A stretch of 64,000 bases of DNA from NCBI GenBank assembly GCA_963742415.1, contig CAVULX010000003.1, positions 864,001 to 928,000 of the forward strand, given 5' to 3'. The notes beneath the pieces are model-generated. The model saw nothing but the letters and a program-made list of their open reading frames with translations, had not been told where the DNA came from and did not search any database. Position numbers and translations under genes: made by a program. Shown here in pieces: positions 1 through 9,708 of this stretch (the first letter of the stretch is position 1; each line of letters begins with the position of its first letter). Source of the DNA: an uncultured Parachlamydiaceae bacterium (GTDB lineage: Bacteria > Chlamydiota > Chlamydiia > Chlamydiales > Parachlamydiaceae).

Positions 1-18
1 TTGCAACATTTTTGACAT
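1..18 (-). CDS. groEL: 5' end of the gene downstream of groES (MSKMLQ...), most likely chaperonin GroEL; truncated by the window edge
   Basis: GAGGAG RBS then ATG at 18, about 35 nt after the groES stop. Identity is inferred from groES-groEL operon order; only 6 codons are visible. Confidence 0.55.
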
Positions 19-52
19 AAGTCGAGCTCCTCGATAGTAAGGGTTTAACTAG

Positions 53-355
53 TTAAGATAAGATGCCGAGGATGTCATCTTCGGACATGATGAGATAATC
101 TTCCTCATCGGAGAGATGTTTAACTTCTGTGCCTGAATAGGAGCTAAACAGAATGCGGTCGCCGATTTTTACGTTCATGGCTTCGGTTTTGCCGTTTTCA
201 TCCATTTTGCCGGGGCCGACAGCGACTACAACTCCTTCTTTGGGTTTTTCTTGGGCAGTATCGGGCAACAGGATCCCCCCTTTAGAAGTTTGTGCTTTTG
301 AACGCTGGATCAGTACACGGTTGCCTAAAGGTTTAATATTGTTCTTGCTAGTCAT
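53..355 (-). CDS. groES: Co-chaperonin GroES
   Basis: IKPLGNRVLI...TSKGGILLPDTAQEKP..G.VVAVGPG...VKIGDRILF...YLIMSEDDILG is the Cpn10 signature. Confidence 0.97.
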   Translation of the reverse strand: MTSKNNIKPLGNRVLIQRSKAQTSKGGILLPDTAQEKPKEGVVVAVGPGKMDENGKTEAMNVKIGDRILFSSYSGTEVKHLSDEEDYLIMSEDDILGILS

Positions 356-389
356 AATTCCTTGCTCCTTTGTTACATGTCGAAACGAA

Positions 390-419
390 ATTTTAACGAG
401 ATATTCCGATTTATGTCAA
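390..419 (-). promoter_or_regulatory. Sigma66/sigma70-type promoter of groES
   Basis: Minus strand TTGACA (419-414), N18, TAAAAT (395-390). Confidence 0.65.
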
Positions 420-437
420 GAGGGGAAATGAAAAATT

Positions 438-464
438 TTAGCAATCCGAGGAATTAAGTGCTAA
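438..464. promoter_or_regulatory. CIRCE operator (HrcA binding site)
   Basis: TTAGCAATC-N9-AAGTGCTAA against consensus TTAGCACTC-N9-GAGTGCTAA, directly upstream of the groES promoter. Confidence 0.9.
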
Positions 465-470
465 GAAAGT

Positions 471-704
471 TTATGGCTTAAGGTTTTCCGGAAGCGGACA
501 GCCCGCTGTTTCCTCGTTGTTGTCTTTGTGAGCAGCTTCCTGTTTTTTTGCGTGATCTTTCAGGTAGTCATCATAATATTCGTAATTATTTTCAGGATGC
601 ATTCTATTATATTCGCGGACCTCTTCACATTTTTTGCAAACGGCCGGTAGAGGGGAAGAGAGGATAAAGGTTGAAACCAGGGCAAACATTTGAATGTTTT
701 TCAT
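471..704 (-). CDS. Small hypothetical exported protein with a CxxC motif
   Basis: GGAGG RBS before ATG 704; signal-peptide-like MKNIQMFALVSTFILSSPLPA followed by VCKKC. Confidence 0.6.
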   Translation of the reverse strand: MKNIQMFALVSTFILSSPLPAVCKKCEEVREYNRMHPENNYEYYDDYLKDHAKKQEAAHKDNNEETAGCPLPENLKP

Positions 705-810
705 CGCAACCTCCTTGAACCTGAGATTTGCCACCTTATTTATACGCTATGCAATTTTTATTTTCTTGTGTATACAAATAATTTATAATTAATTGTAGGG
801 AGAGGTTGCT

Positions 811-1467
811 ATGTGCTTTTCAGCCCAGGCGAGTTTTGCAGGAGCGGCTTTACTTGGAATCACCGGATTGGCCACTTTCCGCTATGTGAAATCAAAGGCG
901 CAAATTCCCTTGGCCTTGGTGCCCTGCTTTTTTGCCATGCAGCAGCTTACAGAGGGGCTTCTTTGGTTAACATTAGGGGCAGAACGGCCCAATCCGGATT
1001 TGCAGAGTTTCTTGGTTTATTCTTATCTATTTTTTGCTATTTTTTTCTGGCCGATATGGTTTCCGTTTTCACTCTATTATTTAGAAGATCAACCTGTTAG
1101 AAAAAAAATATTATTTGGAATTTTTTCAGTCGGTGTGGTTCTTGGTCTATTCAATTTGTTCTATTCGATGAATCAACACATTGGTGTGGTCGCTATTGAA
1201 CATAGCCTCCATTATACCGGAAAATTACCGGATATAGTCACGTGGCTGTATGTGGCCACCGTATTGACTCCTTGTTTCCTCTCTTCATTTAAAAATATAT
1301 GGCAATTAGGATTGTTGATTTGTGCCACATTTTCAATAGCGATGTACTTTTATGAGGCTACTTTTGTCTCGGTTTGGTGTTTTTTTGGTGCTATCGTCAG
1401 TGTCTACATGTTCAAAATCTTTCGAGACAATGCCTCTATTTCTGATAGGTATTCCTCTCCAAGCTAA
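811..1467 (+). CDS. Multi-pass membrane protein of unknown function (MCFSAxASF family, DUF6629-like)
   Basis: N-terminus MCFSAQASF, QQLTEG and SVWCFF motifs, about 7 hydrophobic segments, good RBS. Confidence 0.75.
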   Translation: MCFSAQASFAGAALLGITGLATFRYVKSKAQIPLALVPCFFAMQQLTEGLLWLTLGAERPNPDLQSFLVYSYLFFAIFFWPIWFPFSLYYLEDQPVRKKILFGIFSVGVVLGLFNLFYSMNQHIGVVAIEHSLHYTGKLPDIVTWLYVATVLTPCFLSSFKNIWQLGLLICATFSIAMYFYEATFVSVWCFFGAIVSVYMFKIFRDNASISDRYSSPS

Positions 1468-2239
1468 AAAATCGTGAGAAGTCAACTTGATCTTTCAATA
1501 GTTGGGGGAAATCCAAAGCTGTCTTTTCTTTCAACCAAGCTGTATTTTTTGTGAGGTCTTCTAACGTCATGGTAGAGTTGGAATAGGGAAAGTTCATCCA
1601 GACGATGTTAGGGGATTCTGAATTGGGCAAAGCAAAAAAAGGTTGTTGAAGAGAGGATTTCATATTTTCGATTATACTCAGTAATTTGCCTTGAGGCCCA
1701 TGCTTCCACGTATTTAAGATAATGAGGCCATTTTCGCTAAGTGCAGAGCGGCATCGGGAAAAAAATTCGGAATGCCCTACCACAGGGGAATTTTGGTCTC
1801 CCAGAAATAAGTCCACAAAAAGAAGGTCATAAGCTGAACGGGAGGACGTTTGTAAAAATTGGAGAGCATCTGAGCAATGGATGTTGAGGCGGAGATCTCT
1901 AGGGATAGAAAAGTGGCGGTATCCCGCATCGATGACAAGGGGGCTCCATTCAACCGCATCGATGCGGCAGGAGGGGAAATGTTTCCATAGGAACTTTTGT
2001 TTTGCTCCTCCGCCGAGTCCTAGAAAAAGAACTTTATGTGGTTCCGGGTTGAACAACAAGGAAAGCATCATGACTTTGCAATATTCCATTTCTAGATCAA
2101 AAGGATCCGCAAGGTACATTGAGCTTTGTTGTATGGGCGTTCCGAAATGGAGGCACCGGATGAAAGGATAATCGACGACTTCTACGACTCCCCGCTCATC
2201 CTCCCCTGTAAAAATTAATTTTCCACCATATTTTTCCAT
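1436..2239 (-). CDS. Spermidine synthase-like SAM-dependent methyltransferase
   Basis: LHFG..IQQSSM, VLFLGLGGG SAM motif I, IDAVE, DALQFL, YDLLFVD. Confidence 0.85.
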   Translation of the reverse strand: MEKYGGKLIFTGEDERGVVEVVDYPFIRCLHFGTPIQQSSMYLADPFDLEMEYCKVMMLSLLFNPEPHKVLFLGLGGGAKQKFLWKHFPSCRIDAVEWSPLVIDAGYRHFSIPRDLRLNIHCSDALQFLQTSSRSAYDLLFVDLFLGDQNSPVVGHSEFFSRCRSALSENGLIILNTWKHGPQGKLLSIIENMKSSLQQPFFALPNSESPNIVWMNFPYSNSTMTLEDLTKNTAWLKEKTALDFPQLLKDQVDFSRFFSLERNTYQK

Positions 2240-2313
2240 AGATGTTTACAGATTATAATCGGGAACATCATTTTTACTATAGACAATTTCCATGGAAAAA
2301 TGGTTTCAGAAAC

Positions 2314-4038
2314 TTATTGTTTGATATATTGTTCCTGTTTCAGATAGTCCACGATATAGTTGATCGCGTCGTCAATCTCGACTTGCGAGGCATCGATTCT
2401 GATATCAGGATGCAGAGGTTCTTCATAGATATCATCGACACCCGACATCCCTTTTAATTTTCCTTGTTTGGCTTGTGTATACAGACCTTTGGTGTCCCTG
2501 CGCTCACACTCTTTCAGGGGAGTTGATACATAAATTTCGATGTAACCTCCCCGCTCACTTATTAAGTCTCTATTATAGGCGCGGTCTTTTTCATAAGGCC
2601 CGATGAACGCGCAAATAGCAATGCCATGGTTTTTGGTGATTTCTGAGGCAACAAATCCCACCCGCCGCGCATTAATGGAGCGATGCTCTTTAGAAAATCC
2701 CAATTCAGATGACAAATGGGTGCGAATGATATCGCCATCAAGAATAGTGACCGGCCTTTCTTGAATTTCCATCAATTTAATGGCTAAGGCATTTGCTAGG
2801 GTAGACTTTCCTGCTCCAGACAATCCTGTAAAAAGCAAAGTGAATCCCTGCTTTTCTTTAGGAGGGTATACTTTTTGCAGCTCTTCAATCACTTCGGGAA
2901 AAGAAAACCAGGGTGGGATCTCTTTTCCTTCATGCAGCATCTTGCGCAGTTTTGTACCCGAGATCATGAGCTTTGTTTTTCCCGGAGCTACTAGATCGAC
3001 CTGCTGATAGTTATCATCTTCCTTGACGTAAACCATCTCAGTAAAAGGGATAATTTCGATGCCGATTTCTGAAGAATACTCTCTAGCTAATTTTTGGGCG
3101 GCATAAGGATCATAGAAAGGGCGCCCCTGGCTATCTTCTCCTGGACCAGCGTGATCCCTGCCCACAATAAAGTGGGTGCATCCGTAATTTTTTCGAATGA
3201 TGGCATGCCATAAGGCTTCCCTTGGTCCCGCCATTCTCATGGCAATGGGGAGCAAGCTCAAGGTGACGCTCCCTTTAGGAAAATATTTTAAAAGCTTTTG
3301 ATAACATTTGACCCGGGTAAAGTAGTCGACATCACCAGGCTTTGTCATTCCCACAGCCGGCTGAAGTAAAAGATGTCCTTCAATTTGTTCTGAGGCTCTT
3401 TTAGTTAATTCGACATGCGCCCGATGCATCGGATTTCTTGTCTGGAAGGCGACTACTCTTTTTACTCCAAGAACTTCAAAATGGGCTTTCAATTCTTCTG
3501 GTGTTTTTCTTAGAGCGATGAAATCATAGTGTTTCGGTTTTTTTATTTGTTGAACTTTCCCTGCGACATAGTATTCCCCTGTTGAGTTGAAGAGATAGGC
3601 AACGCCTGGATGTTCTGCATTCAAAGTGCCGTAGACTTTTTCAGCTTCTATCGATTTATTTGGCTTCCAAATTTCCGCTACTGTCAATAATGCGACTGAG
3701 AACCCCTCAGGTTCTTTCAGAATGATCTGTTGAGCTCCGGACAGCCTTTCCAGATCTTTTTCTTTGATATCTAAAACGATAGGAATGGGCCATATTTGTC
3801 CATCGGCTAAACGCATTTCCTGGACTACCCTATCGTAGTCTTTGCTATTCATATACCCTTCCAAAGGGTGGAATCCACCATTGAGCAACAATTCTAAATC
3901 GCATAGCTGCCGCTGTGTAAGAACGATCGAAGGGGCATCGGAGGGAATGGCAATGGTTCCCTGCATTCTTAGGGGGAGAGTTAAAAAAATAATGAGTAAA
4001 AGGGAAAAAGTCGATAATTGGCGCGACACGCTTTTCAT
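2314..4038 (-). CDS. sat: Bifunctional sulfate adenylyltransferase / adenylylsulfate kinase (Sat-CysC)
   Basis: QLCDLELLLNGGF, FQTRNPMHRAH, GRDHAG, then APS-kinase P-loop FTGLSGAGKST and LDGD. Start placed at ATG 4038 (GGAGA RBS, just after the E2 stop). Confidence 0.93.
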   Translation of the reverse strand: MKSVSRQLSTFSLLLIIFLTLPLRMQGTIAIPSDAPSIVLTQRQLCDLELLLNGGFHPLEGYMNSKDYDRVVQEMRLADGQIWPIPIVLDIKEKDLERLSGAQQIILKEPEGFSVALLTVAEIWKPNKSIEAEKVYGTLNAEHPGVAYLFNSTGEYYVAGKVQQIKKPKHYDFIALRKTPEELKAHFEVLGVKRVVAFQTRNPMHRAHVELTKRASEQIEGHLLLQPAVGMTKPGDVDYFTRVKCYQKLLKYFPKGSVTLSLLPIAMRMAGPREALWHAIIRKNYGCTHFIVGRDHAGPGEDSQGRPFYDPYAAQKLAREYSSEIGIEIIPFTEMVYVKEDDNYQQVDLVAPGKTKLMISGTKLRKMLHEGKEIPPWFSFPEVIEELQKVYPPKEKQGFTLLFTGLSGAGKSTLANALAIKLMEIQERPVTILDGDIIRTHLSSELGFSKEHRSINARRVGFVASEITKNHGIAICAFIGPYEKDRAYNRDLISERGGYIEIYVSTPLKECERRDTKGLYTQAKQGKLKGMSGVDDIYEEPLHPDIRIDASQVEIDDAINYIVDYLKQEQYIKQ

Positions 4039-4051
4039 AAAAATTTCTCCA

Positions 4052-5272
4052 CTACAATAAAGAAGCTGGATTGCTGATAAGATGACTATAAAAATGGGAA
4101 ATTGCGGCTGCAGCATTTCCATCAATCACGCGATGATCAAAACTCCAAGAAAAATGCATGAGATTCCCGATGGCGATGGCATCTTGCTTTACGATCGGCT
4201 GTTTTTGAATTTTAGCAACAGCCAAAATAGCGACCTCGGGATAATTTATGATCGGGGTCGCCCATAATCCATTACTTTCGGAAACGCCAAAATTGCTGAT
4301 GGTCACCGTCCCTTCTTTCATATCAGCAGGTTGAAGCTTACCATGTATAGCTTTTTGTTTTAAAGCTTCGTATGCCTTGACAATCGATTCTAAATTCATG
4401 GTCTGTACATCTTTTAAAACAGGGACGATAAGCCCTTGTTCTGTCGCCATAGCGACGCCGATATTATGCTTTTTATGGAGAATCACTTTAGTCCGGGCTT
4501 GATTCAAAGAACTATTGATGAGGGGGAACTGGATGATTGTCAAAGATAAAGCGCGGATTAAAAACGGCATGAAAGTTAATTTCAGGGATTTTTCTGAAGC
4601 TTTGTCTTTCAGTTTTTCACGTAGTAGGATAAGCCTGCTGGCGTCAACCTCCTCAAAATAGGAAAAAGGGGGGATCTGTTGATGGGAAATTTCCATTTTT
4701 TTAACCATCAAATGGCGAACTCCCACAAGGGGGACCTCTTCATCCTCAGAAGGGGCAGAAGAGGGGGCAACAGATTGTTTCTCAGAGAACTTTTTCAGGT
4801 CTTCTTCGGTGACCCTCCCTTGTTTTCCTGTTCCTTTAACTTTTGCAATATCGATCCCTAATTCTTTTGCCAGATGGCGCACATGGGGAGTTGCTTGGAC
4901 CTCTCCTTCTTCCATTTGTGCTGGGGAAAGGGATGATGGAAGCGGCGGGGTCTGTTTCTGTTTTCTTTCACGCAAAGGTGGGGCTTCTAAGTCCTGTGCA
5001 GGTGCATTTGACTTTTCAATAGATCCGACTTCCAATTCAATGTCATACAAGGGCTTGTCCCGGATGGCGGTTTCACCGGCCTGATAGTAATGTTTCACAA
5101 TTTTCCCAGGATGGGGCGAAGGCAATTCTACAGTTGCTTTATCGGTCATCAACACAACAACGGGTTCGTCTTGGGCGACGAATTCATCGATTTTCTTCAA
5201 CCATTCGATGACTTCCCCTTCAACAACTCCTTCGCCAATATCGGGCATTTTCACTGTGTAAATTTTATCCAT
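4052..5272 (-). CDS. bkdB: Dihydrolipoamide acyltransferase E2 of branched-chain 2-oxoacid dehydrogenase
   Basis: Lipoyl domain MTDKATVE, E3-binding ATPHVRHLAKE, catalytic SFDHRVIDG. Confidence 0.9.
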   Translation of the reverse strand: MDKIYTVKMPDIGEGVVEGEVIEWLKKIDEFVAQDEPVVVLMTDKATVELPSPHPGKIVKHYYQAGETAIRDKPLYDIELEVGSIEKSNAPAQDLEAPPLRERKQKQTPPLPSSLSPAQMEEGEVQATPHVRHLAKELGIDIAKVKGTGKQGRVTEEDLKKFSEKQSVAPSSAPSEDEEVPLVGVRHLMVKKMEISHQQIPPFSYFEEVDASRLILLREKLKDKASEKSLKLTFMPFLIRALSLTIIQFPLINSSLNQARTKVILHKKHNIGVAMATEQGLIVPVLKDVQTMNLESIVKAYEALKQKAIHGKLQPADMKEGTVTISNFGVSESNGLWATPIINYPEVAILAVAKIQKQPIVKQDAIAIGNLMHFSWSFDHRVIDGNAAAAISHFYSHLISNPASLL

Positions 5273-5282
5273 GACCTTCCCG

Positions 5283-6260
5283 TCAAAAATTCATGACTTC
5301 CCGAACACAATAAACAACTTTTTGAGCTTCCGGTAAATATTCTTTTTCCAACGTATGGGGAAAAGGAGTATCTAATCCGCAGCAACGCTTTATAGGGGCT
5401 TTGAGGAATAAAAAACATTTTTCGGCGAGCTGTGCAGTTATCTCGGCTCCAAAACCTTGCGTTAAGGGGGCTTCGTGGGATATAACACAGCGTCCCGTCT
5501 TTTGAACAGATAATACCATTGTATTGACATCTAAAGGGTTTAATGAACGGAGATTCAACACTTCGACATCAAGCCCCTCTTTTTCATTCAGCTCCTTTGC
5601 CGCAGCCATATTTTGATGGTGTTGGGCTCCCCACCCGATTAAGGTTAGATCTTTACCTTCTCGTGCCACTTGAGCCTGCCCAAAGGGGATGGTATACATC
5701 TCCTCAGGGACTTCTTCCTTTACTGACCGATAAATTCGCTTCGGTTCCAAAAATAAAACAGGATCTTGCGCTTGCAAGGCCGATATCAACAACCCTTTGG
5801 CTTCGTAGGGGCCTGAAGGGACAATCAAGCACAATCCTGGGATATGCAAAAATAAAGCTTCAGGAGATTGGGAATGATAGTGCCCTCCATGGATTCCCCC
5901 TCCATAAGGTGTACGGATCACTAAAGGGGTGGGATACTGATTTCCCGTTCGATAACGCATCTTGGCGAGTTCATTGACGATTTGATCGTAACCAGGGAAG
6001 ATATAATCGGCAAATTGAATCTCGCAGACCGGCTTTAACCCCTTTTGTGCCATGCCGATTCCAAAGCCGATAATGCCTGCTTCTGAGAGCGGAGTGTCGA
6101 AGCACCGGTGCTCCCCAAAAGCTTTTTGCAGTCCAGAAGTGACCCTAAAAACGCCCCCAAAGGCTCCAGCATCTTCCCCAAACGTGACAAGCCGGCTATC
6201 TTGCGCAAAGGCTTGATGCAAGGCTTGATTTAGGGCTTGAATCATGTTAAGTTGCGGCAT
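5283..6260 (-). CDS. bkdA2: 2-oxoisovalerate dehydrogenase E1 beta
   Basis: FGED..FGGVFR, FDTPLSE, EIQFADY, GGHYHSQSPEA. Confidence 0.9.
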   Translation of the reverse strand: MPQLNMIQALNQALHQAFAQDSRLVTFGEDAGAFGGVFRVTSGLQKAFGEHRCFDTPLSEAGIIGFGIGMAQKGLKPVCEIQFADYIFPGYDQIVNELAKMRYRTGNQYPTPLVIRTPYGGGIHGGHYHSQSPEALFLHIPGLCLIVPSGPYEAKGLLISALQAQDPVLFLEPKRIYRSVKEEVPEEMYTIPFGQAQVAREGKDLTLIGWGAQHHQNMAAAKELNEKEGLDVEVLNLRSLNPLDVNTMVLSVQKTGRCVISHEAPLTQGFGAEITAQLAEKCFLFLKAPIKRCCGLDTPFPHTLEKEYLPEAQKVVYCVREVMNF

Positions 6261-7368
6261 GACCTTTTTCCTTTTTCAAAGCAGCTTCGAGTTCTTCGTA
6301 TTGCCTTTCTAAGGGAGGGGGGACCTCGAAGTACACATGTTCAATGATGCTTCTCAATGGAGGAGGCGGGGTTTCCCGGGCTTCGTTGATGGCCGTATTA
6401 ATCTCTTGCAACTGCTTTTCATGCATCTGCTTTTCTTTTTCTTCGTTCCAAAGTTCTTTTCCTTCTAAATAGGTTCTCAATCGTTTGATAGGACATTTTT
6501 TCCACCATTCGGAAACTTCCTCTTCAGTGCGATACAAAGTGGGATCATCCGATGTTGAATGGGCTCCCAGGCGATAGGTCATTGCTTCGATCAGGACCGG
6601 CCCTTTGTTTTCCAGGGCATGCCTCTTCGCTAAAGTTACAGCCTCATGCACCGCAAAAAAATCGTTTCCATCAACTTTCATTGCGGCGATTCCATATCCG
6701 ACCCCTTTTGGGGCAATCCCATCTGATGCGAACTGTTTATGGGCTGGAGTCGAAATCGCATAACCGTTGTTTCGGCAAAAGAAAATGACAGGAGCTTTTT
6801 TAACCGCCGCAAAATTTAACCCCACATGGAAATCCCCTTCCGATGTGGCTCCTTCGCCGAAGTAGCAGACAGCGACAGCCTTTTCATTTTGCAAACACAT
6901 AGCATAAGCACATCCCGCGGCATGGGGAATTTGAGTTGCAATAGGGGAAGAAACAGGGACGACGTTGTGCTCCCGGGATCCAAAGTGATTAGGCATTTGA
7001 CGTCCTAAAATGAGGTCTTTGCTATTTCCAAACATATGGTGGATATATTGAGCAACAGGAAAGCCGCGCCAGAACATGATTCCTGCCTCACGATATTGAG
7101 GATAAAGCCAGTCTTGGAGGTCTAGAGCTGCGGCGCTGGCGACAGAACAGGCTTCTTCACCTAGTGAGCTGAGCGCAAAAGAGATAGTCCCTTGCCTTTG
7201 CAGGGTGATCATCTTCTCATCCACCAGACGGGTTAATGACATCGTCTGGTATCCCTGAATCAGAATTTTTTCGTCGATATAATGTTTGCAAGCAGGAGAT
7301 AATTCCCCATTTTCATTCAAGTAAGAGAGGGTTGAGAAATGGGTTCGGTGTTGTGATAATAAACCCAT
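6247..7368 (-). CDS. bkdA1: 2-oxoisovalerate dehydrogenase E1 alpha
   Basis: LQRQG, GRQMPNHFGS, TPP motif GEGATSEGDFH...NN, HSTSDDP. ATG 7368 follows a GGAG RBS. Confidence 0.9.
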   Translation of the reverse strand: MGLLSQHRTHFSTLSYLNENGELSPACKHYIDEKILIQGYQTMSLTRLVDEKMITLQRQGTISFALSSLGEEACSVASAAALDLQDWLYPQYREAGIMFWRGFPVAQYIHHMFGNSKDLILGRQMPNHFGSREHNVVPVSSPIATQIPHAAGCAYAMCLQNEKAVAVCYFGEGATSEGDFHVGLNFAAVKKAPVIFFCRNNGYAISTPAHKQFASDGIAPKGVGYGIAAMKVDGNDFFAVHEAVTLAKRHALENKGPVLIEAMTYRLGAHSTSDDPTLYRTEEEVSEWWKKCPIKRLRTYLEGKELWNEEKEKQMHEKQLQEINTAINEARETPPPPLRSIIEHVYFEVPPPLERQYEELEAALKKEKGHAAT

Positions 7369-7522
7369 TATGAAGGTCTCCAATTAGCTTATATAAATAT
7401 CAATTAAATAATAGAGAAAGGGTAAAATGTCAAATTGGGTGTTATAAAAATTTATATATAGACTTTTAAAAATGATTTTTATTAATCTGAATTTTTGATT
7501 ATGACTCGGGGTTTAATTGGTA

Positions 7523-7939
7523 ATGTTTACAGCAAAAAATAAAGTGCGCATGCACGATACAGACATGGCGGGCATTCTCTATTTCCCAAGGCAATTCCGC
7601 TTTGCACATGATGCCCTTGAAGATTTTGTAGCCAGTGAAGGAATAGACTTTGATCAGGTTTTTCGCAAAGAAGACTTTGTCTTCGTCATCGTCCATTGCG
7701 AGGCAGACTATTATTCCCCCTTGCGTGTCGGAGATGAGATAACGGTGCAGGTCAGTGTGGAAAGAATAGGATCTTCTTCATTTACAATGCTTTATGAAAT
7801 TTATAAAAAAGACCATACCCACGTGGGAACAGCCAAAACGATCCATGTGACCTTAGAGCGAGTTTCCCGCGAGAAGATCGCAATTCCCGAAAAATTGCGC
7901 AAGCGCCTTGAAAAGCACCTGGTCGAAGAAACAGTCTAA
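7523..7939 (+). CDS. Acyl-CoA thioesterase (4HBT/hotdog family)
   Basis: VRMHDTDMAGILYF, IVHCEADY..PL..GD motifs. Confidence 0.85.
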   Translation: MFTAKNKVRMHDTDMAGILYFPRQFRFAHDALEDFVASEGIDFDQVFRKEDFVFVIVHCEADYYSPLRVGDEITVQVSVERIGSSSFTMLYEIYKKDHTHVGTAKTIHVTLERVSREKIAIPEKLRKRLEKHLVEETV

Positions 7940-7941
7940 AA

Positions 7942-8105
7942 TAGACTTCTTTCGAAATTCGCTTTGATTAGAAAAATGAGCTATTTTTGAGCAGATTTTT
8001 TGAAAAATTTTGAGAGCATATGAGTGCATATGGTCGAAAAATTTTACGAAAAAGATGCTAAAAAGGGCCATTTTAATAATCAAATGGAATTTCGAAAGAA
8101 GTCTA
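7942..8105. mobile_element. 164-bp MITE-like palindromic element
   Basis: Perfect 19-bp terminal inverted repeats TAGACTTCTTTCGAAATTC (7942-7960 and 8087-8105); no credible ORF; lies between convergent genes. Confidence 0.7.
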
Positions 8106-8111
8106 ATACAT

Positions 8112-8876
8112 TTACCAGACGGGCTTCCGCTTCTCTATAAATGCATTGATCCCTTCTAAGGCTTCTTGAGAATGCCTGGCTTGGTGATGATAGGGAAGGG
8201 CTTTGATAAAAGCTTGTTCGAGCTGCAGCGGATCTAGTTCGTGTAAAAGGCGCTTGGTCGCCCGAATCGCTTCCGGAGCTCCTAGTAAAACTTTTTGCGC
8301 CAGTCGATAGGCCTCGGATAGGAGATCAGCCTTGGAGACGATTTGATAGACGAGGCCGATCTCATGGGCACGTTCGGCGCTGATGAGCTCTCCAAGCAAA
8401 AGAAGCTCTCGCAAATGGTGTCGAGCCAGCTCCCTCTTTAATATGACAGCCACTTGAGCCGCTACTAATCCCCGGTGGACCTCTGGAAAGCCGCACATAA
8501 GTTCAGGGGAGGCAATGACAAAGTCAAAGGCTGCCATTAGTCCTGCCCCACCTGCAATGGCAGCCCCATGGACAGCTCCAATGGTCACTTGGGGTGCTGT
8601 GCTGATCGACAATAACGTTTTTTGAAAAAGCAATGCAGAATCCTCTTCAACTTCAGCATTAGTCGCTTCTTGTAAGTCGAGTCCCGCGCAAAACACAGCT
8701 CCTTCACCATGGACAATGATGACACGGATAGAGGGCTGCTGCTTCACATTCTCCATGACCGCGCAAAATTCATTCATCAAATCGATATTAAGAGCATTCC
8801 GCTTTTCGGGGCGGTTCAATTTTACGACGAGAACTTCAGGATCTTCATTGGAGGCAATAACTAAAGAATTTGGCAT
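8112..8876 (-). CDS. Enoyl-CoA hydratase/isomerase (methylglutaconyl-CoA hydratase-like)
   Basis: LNRPEKRNAL, FCAGLDL, AIAGGAGL, FPEV..GL, EGINAFIEKRKPVW. Confidence 0.88.
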   Translation of the reverse strand: MPNSLVIASNEDPEVLVVKLNRPEKRNALNIDLMNEFCAVMENVKQQPSIRVIIVHGEGAVFCAGLDLQEATNAEVEEDSALLFQKTLLSISTAPQVTIGAVHGAAIAGGAGLMAAFDFVIASPELMCGFPEVHRGLVAAQVAVILKRELARHHLRELLLLGELISAERAHEIGLVYQIVSKADLLSEAYRLAQKVLLGAPEAIRATKRLLHELDPLQLEQAFIKALPYHHQARHSQEALEGINAFIEKRKPVW

Positions 8877-8886
8877 GATTGCGCTC

Positions 8887-9267
8887 CTAGTTTTTTTTAT
8901 CGAGGGGATCGATCATCTCTTTGATTTTTTCCTGCGGCGCCCAAATTTTCATTTCCAGAAGAGCTTGTCCGAGTGCTTTTCCTTGGGAATCAAAGCGTAA
9001 AGATTGGCTTCCTCCCCCTGCAAGGACTCCATTGAGAACGAAATTGAAAGCCAATAAATGGGGCATTTCATAGCGGCGTGTAGAAATGACTCCAAGCGGC
9101 TTAAAAAAGGTATCTACAATTTCGGCTGTTAGGTTTTCTTTTAAAAAAGTATAGCCTGCTTCTGTGTAGGCTATGACGCCTATATTTGCGTTGGATCCCT
9201 TGTCGCCGCTGCGGGCAAAAGCGATCTGTTTAAGAGTTATCTCGATCTTTTCTAATGTATTTGTCAT
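8887..9267 (-). CDS. AtuA C-terminal-like (acyclic terpene utilization) small protein
   Basis: IAFARSGDKG..ANIGVIA ... LAGGG..SLRFDSQGKALG motif. Confidence 0.8.
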   Translation of the reverse strand: MTNTLEKIEITLKQIAFARSGDKGSNANIGVIAYTEAGYTFLKENLTAEIVDTFFKPLGVISTRRYEMPHLLAFNFVLNGVLAGGGSQSLRFDSQGKALGQALLEMKIWAPQEKIKEMIDPLDKKN

Positions 9268-9419
9268 TAATTCATGAAAATGTGCTTATTTTTACTTATA
9301 GACTTTTAATTTATTGATATAGTCTCATATTACAATAAAAATATTTTTATAGGTAGTGATTATGGTGAATATTTTGAGTGTTATAGCTACGTGAGAGCCA
9401 GCTGTTTATTATGCTTCCG

Positions 9420-9573
9420 AGGAGGCCGCGGGAGCGGCCTTTAGTGGGGAGCCCCGCGTGTAACGAGCGATAGCGAGTGGAACGTGGGGTTCCTGTGTTA
9501 TTAATAACCTAGCTGCGGAAGCAGCGACAGATTTAACGATCACTGACCCCGATCACAGGCCTGACCCCGATCA
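9420..9573. repeat. Cluster of GC-rich REP-like palindromes and short direct repeats
   Basis: AGGCCGC..GCGGCCT hairpin, CCCCGCGT...ACGTGGGG hairpin, CTGACCCCGATCA twice (9543, 9561), and copy A of the 40-bp repeat. Confidence 0.6.
9497..9536 (+). repeat. 40-bp direct repeat, copy A (left border of the RHS locus)
   Basis: 36/40 identical to 17678-17717. Confidence 0.8.
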
Positions 9574-9708
9574 TTGTTTCCCAATAATAACTTACTTGTT
9601 TAGGGCGGAACATTGTTTTTGTTTGTTTGGAAAAAAAAATGAGAATTTGCAGACTTTTTGTTTAGATCTAAAATTTATTTTAGATAATTACTTTCCATTT
9701 AGGTTATA

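Noticed and set aside
4039..4125. Longer Sat start at 4125
   Set aside because: It overlaps the E2 C-terminus by 74 nt, whereas ATG 4038 has an RBS.
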